Source: an uncultured Candidatus Peribacteria bacterium
GTDB lineage: Bacteria; Patescibacteriota; Gracilibacteria; RBG-16-42-10
Assembly (NCBI GenBank): GCA_964514565.1
Contig: CAZERA010000001.1
Coordinates: 310,001 to 374,000, forward strand
Length of the DNA stretch: 64,000 nt
Direction: 5' to 3'
Shown here: positions 10,285 through 19,152 of the stretch, piece by piece
Position numbering within the stretch: position 1 is the first letter of the stretch
How the letters are laid out: each line of letters starts with the position of its first letter
Translations under genes and position numbers: made by a program
The notes under the pieces: generated by a model
What the model was told of the DNA's origin: nothing
What the model saw: the letters and a program-made list of their open reading frames with translations, nothing else
Database searches by the model: none

Positions 10285-10431
10285 ATGCTTATGTTTTATC
10301 CAATTGCTCGTGCTACCAATGTTATCAAGAACACCACCAAAGTAGTGAAAGAACAACGCATGGCTCGTCGCCAAGCGAAAGAATTTCGATCTTGGTTGGC
10401 TAAGCCTTACTTATTTTCTCTTTCACAATAA
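10285..10431 (+). CDS. Small basic protein of 48 aa (not in the ORF track)
   Basis: ATG CTT ATG TTT..CAA TAA: MLMFYPIARATNVIKNTTKVVKEQRMARRQAKEFRSWLAKPYLFSLSQ; AT-rich pre-start like the real genes. Confidence 0.45.
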   Translation: MLMFYPIARATNVIKNTTKVVKEQRMARRQAKEFRSWLAKPYLFSLSQ

Positions 10432-10472
10432 AGTTTTGAAATAGTGCGTCTTCATTCTTAACTTTTATATTT

Positions 10473-11375
10473 ATGCGTTCTACTGCCTACATGCATGCTC
10501 CTTTCTTTCAAAATGCTTGGGAACAAACTCCAACTGAAACCATCAAGAAATCAAAAATAGTACTAGGAAATGTGGGAAAGAAATTGTTGTTGGGATCACT
10601 CGTCCTGGCTGGTATCTGTGTGTTAGTACAATTATGGGGAAGCTGGGAATGTGTGAATGATACTTGTATTCAAAAAGAAATTGATGGTCTGCGTACTGAA
10701 AAAGATGCTTATCAAGGTAAAATCAATGACCTCAATACGAATATTAATAACCTTAAAAAAGGTTTTAGTGCTGGCTATGTGATTGAACAAATTCAAACTC
10801 AACATTTGCAAAATGTGCATCCTGATATTCTGAGTTATGCCGAACTCATCCCTGCTACTACGGCAGGGGTGAGTCCTCCTACTCCGGCAGAGCAGGGGAG
10901 ATTGACCGCATATTTAGCCAGTAAGGGAGCTCCCTATGCCAACGAAGATATCTTGAACCATTGTGTGCAAGCACAAGTATCCAGAATGCAGTGCTATATG
11001 TTGGTAGCTATCTCAGGGTCTGAAAGTAGTTTTGGCACCCAGTTTCGCAAGAAAGATGCATCAGGTGCGATCGTAGTTGCCAATAGTGAGGGGCAACAAA
11101 AGTATAATCCTGTCGGCCTTAAAGGTGGTGGAGTGTCCTATCCTACTCCCGATGGTTTTTACATTCGCCCTTTTCAATCTTGGGAAGACTTTTGGCACCA
11201 ATACCCACAGATTATGAAGCAGGGCTACTTTAGTCGTGGTGGTAATACATTGGCTTCGATTTCTAAGTGTTATGTAGCTGGGGATTGTGTCTCGATCAAG
11301 TCTAGTTGGGTCAATCGTTCAGAACAGTTTTTACGTGAGATCTTGGTAGCCATGGCTCCTGAAAATACTGCTTAA
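10473..11375 (+). CDS. Membrane-anchored coiled-coil plus lysozyme-like (glucosaminidase-type) domain protein
   Basis: TM helix, heptad coiled coil, VAISGSESSFGT and YNPVGLK resembling AI-x-x-x-ES-x-x-G / N-x-FG. Confidence 0.6.
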   Translation: MRSTAYMHAPFFQNAWEQTPTETIKKSKIVLGNVGKKLLLGSLVLAGICVLVQLWGSWECVNDTCIQKEIDGLRTEKDAYQGKINDLNTNINNLKKGFSAGYVIEQIQTQHLQNVHPDILSYAELIPATTAGVSPPTPAEQGRLTAYLASKGAPYANEDILNHCVQAQVSRMQCYMLVAISGSESSFGTQFRKKDASGAIVVANSEGQQKYNPVGLKGGGVSYPTPDGFYIRPFQSWEDFWHQYPQIMKQGYFSRGGNTLASISKCYVAGDCVSIKSSWVNRSEQFLREILVAMAPENTA

Positions 11376-11401
11376 ATCGTCTTTCATGATCGTCGAATAC
11401 T

Positions 11402-11433
11402 AGGCTCATCCCAGCGGGAGTTGAGCCTTTTTT
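11402..11433 (+). terminator. Rho-independent terminator
   Basis: AGGCTCA-tcccagcgggagt-TGAGCCT followed by a T run. Confidence 0.85.
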
Positions 11434-11446
11434 AGTGGCATATACT

Positions 11447-11476
11447 AAAAAAGACAGCCTTGTGAGCTGCCTTTTC
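11447..11476 (-). terminator. Rho-independent terminator for the convergent minus-strand genes
   Basis: Minus strand aaggcagct-cacaa-ggctgtct followed by a T run. Confidence 0.75.
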
Positions 11477-11498
11477 TGTTCGCTTATGTACCTCGCGA

Positions 11499-11759
11499 TT
11501 ACTTACTACGACCTGCTTTCTTCATCATAGTTGGTTTGCGCGCAACCACTTTATTGTGTGTCTTTTGAGTAGAAACACGTGGATTATTCTTTGGAATAGT
11601 AGTACTCACTTTCTTAGTGGTTTTCTTGGTAGTAGGCTCAGCTGTTTTTTCTTCTTTAGAAGAAACGAGACTTACTTTTGGAGTGGCTAAACTAAAACCT
11701 GGTTGGTTGAAGCTCATACCTGCCATGCCGTACTTGTTTGATTGAGGTTTTTTTGCCAT
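11499..11759 (-). CDS. Small Lys/Thr-rich basic protein (86 aa)
   Basis: MAKKPQSNKY..KKTTKK..MMKKAGRSK; a TGcTATAAT -10 at ~11781-11789 supports the 11759 start. Confidence 0.65.
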   Translation of the reverse strand: MAKKPQSNKYGMAGMSFNQPGFSLATPKVSLVSSKEEKTAEPTTKKTTKKVSTTIPKNNPRVSTQKTHNKVVARKPTMMKKAGRSK

Positions 11760-11818
11760 ACGAATATTTATGATGACTTGATTATAGCACAGCTCCTCAA
11801 GGAAACTATACAAATTGA

Positions 11819-14356
11819 TTAGGAAGCTTTCTTTTTTGCTGGTTTACTCTTACTCACTTTCTTGCGTGATTTTGTCGCTGTACTTTTTCCTTTTCCTTGC
11901 TTGGCAGCTAACAAATCCAAGGCTTCTTCTAAAGTAATATCTTCAGGTGTGCTGTCTTTGGGCACACTAGCAAACACTTTTGATCCATCGGTAATATATG
12001 GTCCAAAACGTCCGGCCATTACTTTGACTGGTTTCTTGGTAGTAGGGCTCAGTCCCAATTCCTTGAGCGCTTGGCTACCAGCTCGGCCTGCTTTCTTTTC
12101 AGTCTGAAGCAAGGTGATGGCATCGGTGATGCTCACGGTTAGGAGGTCTTGGTCAGTGGTAATAGAGCGGAAATTGCTACCATGTTTTACATAAGGACCA
12201 AATCGTCCCATGCCCACACTGACATCTTGGTCTTGGTACTGCCCAATCACTTTTGGTAAGGCCAATAGTTGTAATGCTTCTTCCAAAGTAGGTGGATTGT
12301 GTAGTGATGGTGATACTGGCGTTTGTTTAGGACCAAAAGCAGTGGATACCTTCTTTGCTTTTTCTTTACCTTGGTCTTCACCTAGCTGTAAGTATGGACC
12401 AAAGCGGCCGTTGCGGAGAGTAATCGACAACTCCGTTTTGGGATCTAGACCAATCACAGCATTTTCAGCTGTCTTGCCATCGAGTGTCTTGGCATTTTTA
12501 CAATCAGGATAGCGAGAACATGACAAGAATTTACCAAATCTGCTGAGTTTGATCACCATTGGTGATCCACACACATCACAGATCTCGTCAGTTTGTTCAC
12601 TAACCACGTCGGCTTTATCAATATGTTCTTTTTTGTCAGCAATTTCTTGATGCAGTGGTTTGTAATATTCACCCACGACGGTAGTCCATTTCTGTTTGCC
12701 CTCTGCTATCTGATCTAGCTTTTCTTCCATCTCAGCAGTGAAATGCACATTGATGTACTGATCAAAGAACTTTACTAAAAAGTCATTGACCACTTCCGCT
12801 GTATCAGTAGGTGCTAATGTTTTTCCTTCTTTTTCTACATAGCCACGCGCAACAATGGTGGAAATGGTTGGTGCATAGGTACTTGGGCGACCAATTCCTT
12901 CTTGTTCTAGCTTCTTGACTAAGCTGGACTCGGTGTACCGTGCTGGTGGTTTGGTGAAGTGTTGCTCTGGCAATAATTTGCTTAAGCTTACCGTTTCACC
13001 ATTTTTCACCGGAGGTAAAATACTTTCTTCGTCAGATTCTTTGGCATCTTCAGCATCAAAGTCCTCAGTATATACCTTGATAAAGCCTGGGAATGTAATG
13101 ACCTGACCTGTAGTATGAAATGTGTATTTATGACTAGCAGCAGCTACCTGGACATCAGCACTTACTTGTTTGATCTTGGCTTCAGCCATCTGACAAGCTA
13201 CTGTTCTCTGCCAAATTAAGCGATATAACGCGAGCTGATCACCACGCAAAATATTCATTTCATCCACTTTGTCTGGAGTCAGTTGTACCTGTACAGGACG
13301 AATAGCTTCATGTGCTTCTTGAGCTGACTTTTTGCTCTTGAAATAGCGGATCTCAGCGGGCAAGAAGTTGGCACCGTAGTTTTTAGTGATTAGTTCTCGA
13401 ATATCTTTCAATGCACTTTGGGCCAGATTGACTGAATCTGTACGCATATAGCTGATCAAACCCATACGGCCTTGAGGAAGGTCAACACCTTCATAAAGTT
13501 GTTGGGCGACGGCCATAGTTTGTTTCACTGAAAAACCTAGTTTGCGAGATGCTTCTTGTTGAAGCGTTGAGGTAATAAATGGTGGAGCTGGATAGCGGTT
13601 CTTTTCTTTTTCAGTTACATGTTCCACTAAACCGTCATAAGGCAAATTGTGTAATGAAGCTAAAATCGCATCACTATCTGCCTGCACTTTCATGCTCAAT
13701 TTCTCGCCATCTAAATGACTAAGAATTGCTTGGAAGTTCGCTTTTGCTGCTGTGTGAAATTGACCGGTAATACTCCAGCTTTCTTGCGCAATAAAGGCAC
13801 GGATCTCACGTTCACGTTCTACAATGAGACGTACGGCTACTGACTGGACACGTCCAGCTGATAATCCATAACGGATCTTTTGCCAGAGCAGAGGAGATAG
13901 CTCATAACCCACTATACGATCGAGGATACGACGAGCTTGTTGGGCGTCCACTAAATCAATATTGATCTCAGTGGGGTGTTTGAGCGCGTCTAAAATTGCC
14001 TCCTTGGTGATTTCATGAAAAGCGACACGATGCACACTTTGGCTCTTTTTGATGGGAAGTGCTTGGGTCAGATGCCAGCCAATTGCCTCTCCTTCACGAT
14101 CCGGATCTGTTGCGATCCACACGGTTTCAGCTGTTTTTAGTTGTTCTTTTAAATCTTTGACTGCTTTTTGGGTACGCAATTCCTTCGACACTACATAGGT
14201 AGGTTCAAAATTATTGGCAGGATCGACCCCGAGTTTTGATTTAGGTAAATCACGGATATGACCAAAAGAGGCGCGGACCACATATTCTTTGCCTAAATAT
14301 TTACTAATAGTCTGTGCTTTTGCTGGTGATTCTACAATGACAAGATTTTTGGCCAT
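11819..14356 (-). CDS. topA: DNA topoisomerase I (type IA) with one Zn ribbon, C-terminal repeats and a Lys-rich tail
   Basis: IVESPAKA, ASFGHIRDL, ATDPDREGEAI, SAGRVQS, YMRTDS, QEAHEAIRP, GIGRPSTY; CDVC..CSRYPDC; three GRFGPY repeats. Confidence 0.97.
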   Translation of the reverse strand: MAKNLVIVESPAKAQTISKYLGKEYVVRASFGHIRDLPKSKLGVDPANNFEPTYVVSKELRTQKAVKDLKEQLKTAETVWIATDPDREGEAIGWHLTQALPIKKSQSVHRVAFHEITKEAILDALKHPTEINIDLVDAQQARRILDRIVGYELSPLLWQKIRYGLSAGRVQSVAVRLIVEREREIRAFIAQESWSITGQFHTAAKANFQAILSHLDGEKLSMKVQADSDAILASLHNLPYDGLVEHVTEKEKNRYPAPPFITSTLQQEASRKLGFSVKQTMAVAQQLYEGVDLPQGRMGLISYMRTDSVNLAQSALKDIRELITKNYGANFLPAEIRYFKSKKSAQEAHEAIRPVQVQLTPDKVDEMNILRGDQLALYRLIWQRTVACQMAEAKIKQVSADVQVAAASHKYTFHTTGQVITFPGFIKVYTEDFDAEDAKESDEESILPPVKNGETVSLSKLLPEQHFTKPPARYTESSLVKKLEQEGIGRPSTYAPTISTIVARGYVEKEGKTLAPTDTAEVVNDFLVKFFDQYINVHFTAEMEEKLDQIAEGKQKWTTVVGEYYKPLHQEIADKKEHIDKADVVSEQTDEICDVCGSPMVIKLSRFGKFLSCSRYPDCKNAKTLDGKTAENAVIGLDPKTELSITLRNGRFGPYLQLGEDQGKEKAKKVSTAFGPKQTPVSPSLHNPPTLEEALQLLALPKVIGQYQDQDVSVGMGRFGPYVKHGSNFRSITTDQDLLTVSITDAITLLQTEKKAGRAGSQALKELGLSPTTKKPVKVMAGRFGPYITDGSKVFASVPKDSTPEDITLEEALDLLAAKQGKGKSTATKSRKKVSKSKPAKKKAS

Positions 14357-14542
14357 GAGAAATAAAGAGCGATTACTCCATGTATATAAAGGGATTTTTT
14401 TAAAAAAGCAAATGAGTAAGATGAAAAGAATCAGCTAAAAAGGGCAATATCCTTACTAATATTGCTTGATTTTTTCTTTCCCGAAAATACCTAATCAGTT
14501 CTGATTAGGCCAACGGTAAACTCTTTCCGATAAGCGGAATAA

Positions 14543-14620
14543 TGGGACGCACGATGGGGCTCGAACCCACGACCCTCAGGACCACAACCTGATGCTCTAA
14601 CCAACTGAGCTACGTGCGTC
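14543..14620 (-). tRNA. tRNA-His(GUG) with encoded G-1:C73 and CCA
   Basis: G-ACGCACG..TCAGG-TTGTGGT-CCTGA..GGTTCGAG..CGTGCGT-C-CCA cloverleaf. Confidence 0.97.
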
Positions 14621-14729
14621 ATATACAGAGCGCTGGCAAATTAATATGTTTGGCTCACTTTGTAAAGCTTGTTCCTGCTAGACAAGCTCAGGTGAGTTTC
14701 CTACTATCATCGTGTCTTAAATAGTACTT

Positions 14730-15677
14730 ATGATTCAGCGCTGGTCTCGATGGGCGGTAGTTCTGGTTCTTGCTTTTAGCCAGATTGCTACAGTTCATGC
14801 TGCGACTAATTTTCCTGATGTACCTGTCTCACATCCTGACTACCAAGCGATTCAGTACCTGCGTGACCGTCTGATTATCAATGGTTATCCAGATGGATTA
14901 TTTCGTCCTGGTGGCGTAGTCACTCGCGCAGAGATTCTTAAAATCGCGGCCAATGGTGCCAGTATCGCTACCAATAGTTTTGCTACGCAAGCGCCTACTT
15001 TCCCAGATGTCGCTGCCAATCATCCATTGAAACAGTTTATCAACTGGGCCCAAGCAACTGGTGCTGTCAAAGGATATGCTGATGGCACTTTTAGACCAGA
15101 GGCTGTAGTGACTAGAGGTGAGGCGGCTAAGATCTTGCTTAAGATCAACAACCTCATGCCTGATCCTCCCAGCAACTATTATTTCTTAGATGTACCACAG
15201 ACCTTAGATATAGCTCCCTATATTTATTTTTCAGTACTCAAGAATTTAGTAAGTGCCAATGGCAATCGTTATGGGACTGGTCTGGGTATGAAGCGAGCAG
15301 ATGTAGCTGAAATGATGTATCGCATCCTCATTATCAAACAAAATAATTATGCCCCCTTCGGTGGTAGTACATCCAATCCCTCTCCTGCGCCAGCTCCTGC
15401 TACTACTACAACACCAGCCAAAACTGTAAATATCTCAATTCAAGGCTTTCGTTATAACCCACCAGCCCTTACTGTAAATCTAGGTGATACAGTGGTATGG
15501 AAAAACATGGATACTGCACCACATACTGTCACTACCCAGTCCGGTGCACCAATCGGTTTTGATTCAGGTACATTGGGTCAAGGTCAAACCTTCTCATATA
15601 CCTTTAATCAATCTGGTACCTACAATTACCATTGTACTTTCCATACTGAGATGAATGGATCAATACTAGTACAATAA
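14730..15677 (+). CDS. Secreted protein with three SLH domains and a C-terminal cupredoxin (plastocyanin-like) domain
   Basis: Signal peptide; F-x-DV..GY-x-DG-x-FRP..TRAE repeats; PHTV..YHCTFHTEM type-1 copper ligands. Confidence 0.9.
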   Translation: MIQRWSRWAVVLVLAFSQIATVHAATNFPDVPVSHPDYQAIQYLRDRLIINGYPDGLFRPGGVVTRAEILKIAANGASIATNSFATQAPTFPDVAANHPLKQFINWAQATGAVKGYADGTFRPEAVVTRGEAAKILLKINNLMPDPPSNYYFLDVPQTLDIAPYIYFSVLKNLVSANGNRYGTGLGMKRADVAEMMYRILIIKQNNYAPFGGSTSNPSPAPAPATTTTPAKTVNISIQGFRYNPPALTVNLGDTVVWKNMDTAPHTVTTQSGAPIGFDSGTLGQGQTFSYTFNQSGTYNYHCTFHTEMNGSILVQ

Positions 15678-15688
15678 ATATTATCAAT

Positions 15689-16996
15689 ATGATTGAAGCT
15701 AAAATTTTACAAGGATTTGCTGATTATCTGCCGCAACAAATGTATTTGCGTCGTTATCTGATGGACACTTGGCGTCGTACCTTTGAGTCATTTGGCTACG
15801 GAGAGTTAGATACTCCTGCTTTGGAACATGAGGAGATTTTCTTGGGTAAGATGGGAGAAGATGAGAAGTTGATGTATCGCTTTGAAGACAATGGTGGTCG
15901 CAAAGTCACTTTGCGTTCAGACCAAACGGTTCCACTTGCTCGTGTAGTGGTGCAGCATCAGAATGAAATTAAGTTTCCATTCAAACGCTATCAGATCGCT
16001 AAGGTATGGAGAGCGGACGCTCCTCGCAAAGGGAGAGAACGCGAATTTTATCAATGTGATGCTGATATAGTAGGTACTACTCATCCTGTAGCTGATGCTG
16101 AAATCCTTACACTGCTTTACACAGGGATGAAGACTTTTGGTTTTGATGATTTTGTCCTCAATATCAATCACCGTGGTATCCTGAAAGGAATAGTGAGCTA
16201 TGCCGGTATTCCTGAAGAGCTGCACACTGTAGCACTAAGAACTATCGATAAGTTTGATAAAATTGGTATCGATGGAGTGGCCAAAGAATGTGCTGATAAA
16301 GGTATTGCTGCTGACGCAATTGAGTTATTGAAAGAGTTTTTACAATGGCAAGGAACTGATCTAAATAAAACAATTGATTGGCTAAAAGAAAAGTTGGCTC
16401 AATTTGAACCAGCTATGAGTGGTATTGAGAATTTACAAAAAATCACTGCTTTGGCTATTGCTGCAGGAGTTAACCAAAGCAATATTTTACTTAATATTAA
16501 TCTTGTGCGCGGTCAGGATTATTATACTGGGATTATTTTTGAGTTGACGTTACCTTTATTCGGTAAGACTTCACTTGCGGGTGGCGGGAGGTTTGACCGT
16601 CTTGCTAGTTCATTTGGTGACCGTGATTTGCCTGGAGTAGGCGTTGGTGTAGGACTAGAGACTTTTTATCTTTTATTTCAGACCCATCCTTTGGCATTTC
16701 CTAAAATCGCACCGGAGATTTTACTCGTTGCCTTCAATGACGAACTTCTGGCCCAAGTCACCAGTATTGCTACCGATCTTCGTGCCATTGGTAAACGAGT
16801 AATGGTATATCCGGGTGGGGCTGAAAAGATGGGAAAACAGCTGAAGTATGCTAATGATCTCCAGTTTCCTTTTGTACTGATTCTGGGCCCAGATGAAGCT
16901 AAAGAGGGGAAGATTCAGCTCAAAGATATGCGTTCAGGTGCTTCTCAGACTCTCAAAATTGATGAGTTGGTTAGCAAGCTCAGTGTGATGAGTTAG
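15689..16996 (+). CDS. hisS: Histidine--tRNA ligase
   Basis: LRSDQTVP, WRAD-x-P-x-KGR-x-REFYQCDAD, RGQDYYTG, GGGRFD. Confidence 0.95.
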   Translation: MIEAKILQGFADYLPQQMYLRRYLMDTWRRTFESFGYGELDTPALEHEEIFLGKMGEDEKLMYRFEDNGGRKVTLRSDQTVPLARVVVQHQNEIKFPFKRYQIAKVWRADAPRKGREREFYQCDADIVGTTHPVADAEILTLLYTGMKTFGFDDFVLNINHRGILKGIVSYAGIPEELHTVALRTIDKFDKIGIDGVAKECADKGIAADAIELLKEFLQWQGTDLNKTIDWLKEKLAQFEPAMSGIENLQKITALAIAAGVNQSNILLNINLVRGQDYYTGIIFELTLPLFGKTSLAGGGRFDRLASSFGDRDLPGVGVGVGLETFYLLFQTHPLAFPKIAPEILLVAFNDELLAQVTSIATDLRAIGKRVMVYPGGAEKMGKQLKYANDLQFPFVLILGPDEAKEGKIQLKDMRSGASQTLKIDELVSKLSVMS

Positions 16997-17016
16997 TGCA
17001 AATTCCCATAGACAAC

Positions 17017-17055
17017 AATAGAGCAGAGCGGTAGAGTAGAGCCGCTCTTTCTATT
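17017..17055 (+). other. Stem-loop between hisS and aspS
   Basis: aatagagcagagcggt-agagtaga-gccgctctttctatt. Confidence 0.5.
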
Positions 17056-17067
17056 CTCTTTTTAATT

Positions 17068-18846
17068 ATGTTTCGTACCCATTTTTCTTCTCAATTATCA
17101 AGTGATTTAATTGGTCAGGAGGTTACTTTAGCTGGTTGGGTTCACCGTCGTCGTGATCATGGTGAATTGATATTTCTTGATTTACGGGACCGTGAGGGTA
17201 TGACGCAAGTAGTATTTGATCCCCAAGTAAACGGTGAAGCGCATGCCTTGGCTGAAGGTCTTCGCTCAGAGTTTGTCATTACTTTGGTAGGACAAGTAGT
17301 GGCTCGTCCCAATGGGATGACCAACAAGAATGTGACCAATGGCAATATTGAGATCCATGTAAAACACATTGAGATTCTCAACGCGTCCAAGACCCCTCCA
17401 TTTGGGATCGATCAAGATCAGGAGATCAATGAGGAATTGAGACTGAAATATCGTTATCTCGATCTTCGTCGCCAGCGCATGCAAAATAATTTAAAGCTGA
17501 GACACAATGTAATTAAACGCATTCGTGATTACTTTAGTGACAATGGCTTCTTGGAAATCGAGACTCCTATTTTGATCAAAGGTACTCCAGAAGGTTCACG
17601 TGAATACATGGTGCCTAGTCGCTTACATCCACATGAATTCTACGTGCTTCCTCAAAGTCCTCAACAGCTCAAGCAGCTTTGTATGGTTGCTGGTCTAGAG
17701 CGCTATTTCCAAATTGCGCGTTGTTTCCGTGATGAAGACCAACGTGGTGATAGACAGCCTGAGTTTACTCAGCTAGATGAAGAATTATCATTTGTTTCAC
17801 AAGAAGATATTTTGACTATCAATGAAAAGCTTTTGATTGCTTTGAGTAAAGAGTTTTTACCAGAGAAGACTATTTTGTCTGAACCATTTGTGCGTATGAC
17901 TTGGCATGAAGCAATGAGTAAATACGGTAGTGATAAACCAGATGTTCGTTTTGATTTGAGCTTCGTGGATGTATCAGAAATCATGAAAAATAGTGGATTC
18001 AAAGTATTTAGTGATACCGTACAAAAAGGTGGTGTAGTAAAGGCAATGCGTGTACCAGGTGGTGCTGTCTTTACGCGTAAACAAATTGATGAACTAACTG
18101 AAGCAGCCAAGAGCAAAGGTGCTAAGGGTCTTGCTTACCTAGCAATGGAAGAGAGTGGTGAACTCAAATCTACTTTCCTTAAGTTTATCGACGAAGCTGG
18201 TCAGAAAGCTTTGGTTGATGCCTTGTCACTACAAAAGGGTGATATTGTTTTCTTTAGCGCTGATACATTCTTTGTTGCGTGTGAAAGTCTCGGAGTAGTG
18301 CGTTTGATTGTGGCTAAATGGATGAAGCTGCAAGATGAAAATATGCTTGCTTACCTCTGGGTAACTGAGTTTCCGATGTTTGAACGTGATAGCGAGACCG
18401 GAAATCTACAGGCTATGCATCATCCATTTACTCGTCCGATGCAAGAAGACATTGCTCTTTTGGAAACAAATCCAGAGAAAGCTCGCGCTGTTGCTCATGA
18501 TGTGGTGCTCAACGGTATCGAGATTGGTGGTGGCTCAATGAGAATCCATGAACGTTCATTACAATCAAAAGTATTTAGTTTGATGAATATTAGTGAAGAG
18601 GATGCGGAGAGACGTTTTGGTCATATGCTCGAGGCTTTCTCTTATGGTGCTCCTCCTCATGGCGGAATGGCTTGGGGGCTTGATAGACTAGTGATGCTCT
18701 TTGCTGATGAACCAAATATTCGTGAAGTAATTGCTTTCCCGAAGAATCAAACTGCTCAAGATTTGATGCTCGGTGCGCCAAGTGCTGTGACTGAGAAAGA
18801 ACTCAAAGAAGTGCACATCGCTCTCCGACCAAGCAATAAACTTTAA
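17068..18846 (+). CDS. aspS: Aspartate--tRNA ligase, likely non-discriminating (Asp/Asn)
   Basis: GWVHRRRDHG, LKYRYLDLRR, PQSPQ, CFRDED, HHPFT, GAPPHGG-x-AWGLDR. Confidence 0.97.
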   Translation: MFRTHFSSQLSSDLIGQEVTLAGWVHRRRDHGELIFLDLRDREGMTQVVFDPQVNGEAHALAEGLRSEFVITLVGQVVARPNGMTNKNVTNGNIEIHVKHIEILNASKTPPFGIDQDQEINEELRLKYRYLDLRRQRMQNNLKLRHNVIKRIRDYFSDNGFLEIETPILIKGTPEGSREYMVPSRLHPHEFYVLPQSPQQLKQLCMVAGLERYFQIARCFRDEDQRGDRQPEFTQLDEELSFVSQEDILTINEKLLIALSKEFLPEKTILSEPFVRMTWHEAMSKYGSDKPDVRFDLSFVDVSEIMKNSGFKVFSDTVQKGGVVKAMRVPGGAVFTRKQIDELTEAAKSKGAKGLAYLAMEESGELKSTFLKFIDEAGQKALVDALSLQKGDIVFFSADTFFVACESLGVVRLIVAKWMKLQDENMLAYLWVTEFPMFERDSETGNLQAMHHPFTRPMQEDIALLETNPEKARAVAHDVVLNGIEIGGGSMRIHERSLQSKVFSLMNISEEDAERRFGHMLEAFSYGAPPHGGMAWGLDRLVMLFADEPNIREVIAFPKNQTAQDLMLGAPSAVTEKELKEVHIALRPSNKL

Positions 18847-18855
18847 TACTTCCCA

Positions 18856-19140
18856 ATGGACAAGCCATCAAATTCAGGACATCTATTGCTATGGGGCGTA
18901 CTGAGTGGTGTGCTCCTTGGAATGCTTTTTGCTCCTAAAAAGGGCAGTGTACTTCGTAGTCAGCTCGGTAGGGCTAGCACGGATGGGGTCACTGCACAGG
19001 CCAATATCATCAAGGATGAGCTAGCAAAAGTGCTGCAAGAGATGTTGCACAGTGTCCAGAAATTACGTGAGAATAAACAAGTACATAAACTATTAGGCGA
19101 AATAGGCGACCACACTAATAGTGAAGATGAATCAAACTAA
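18856..19140 (+). CDS. YtxH-like protein
   Basis: G-x-LLGMLFAPKKG-x-x-LR motif. Confidence 0.75.
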   Translation: MDKPSNSGHLLLWGVLSGVLLGMLFAPKKGSVLRSQLGRASTDGVTAQANIIKDELAKVLQEMLHSVQKLRENKQVHKLLGEIGDHTNSEDESN

Positions 19141-19152
19141 TCCGTTCTGTCT

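Noticed and set aside
17025..17036. 12-nt identity (agagcggtagag) between the hisS-aspS hairpin and the ncRNA
   Set aside because: 12-mer matches are expected by chance many times in 64 kb
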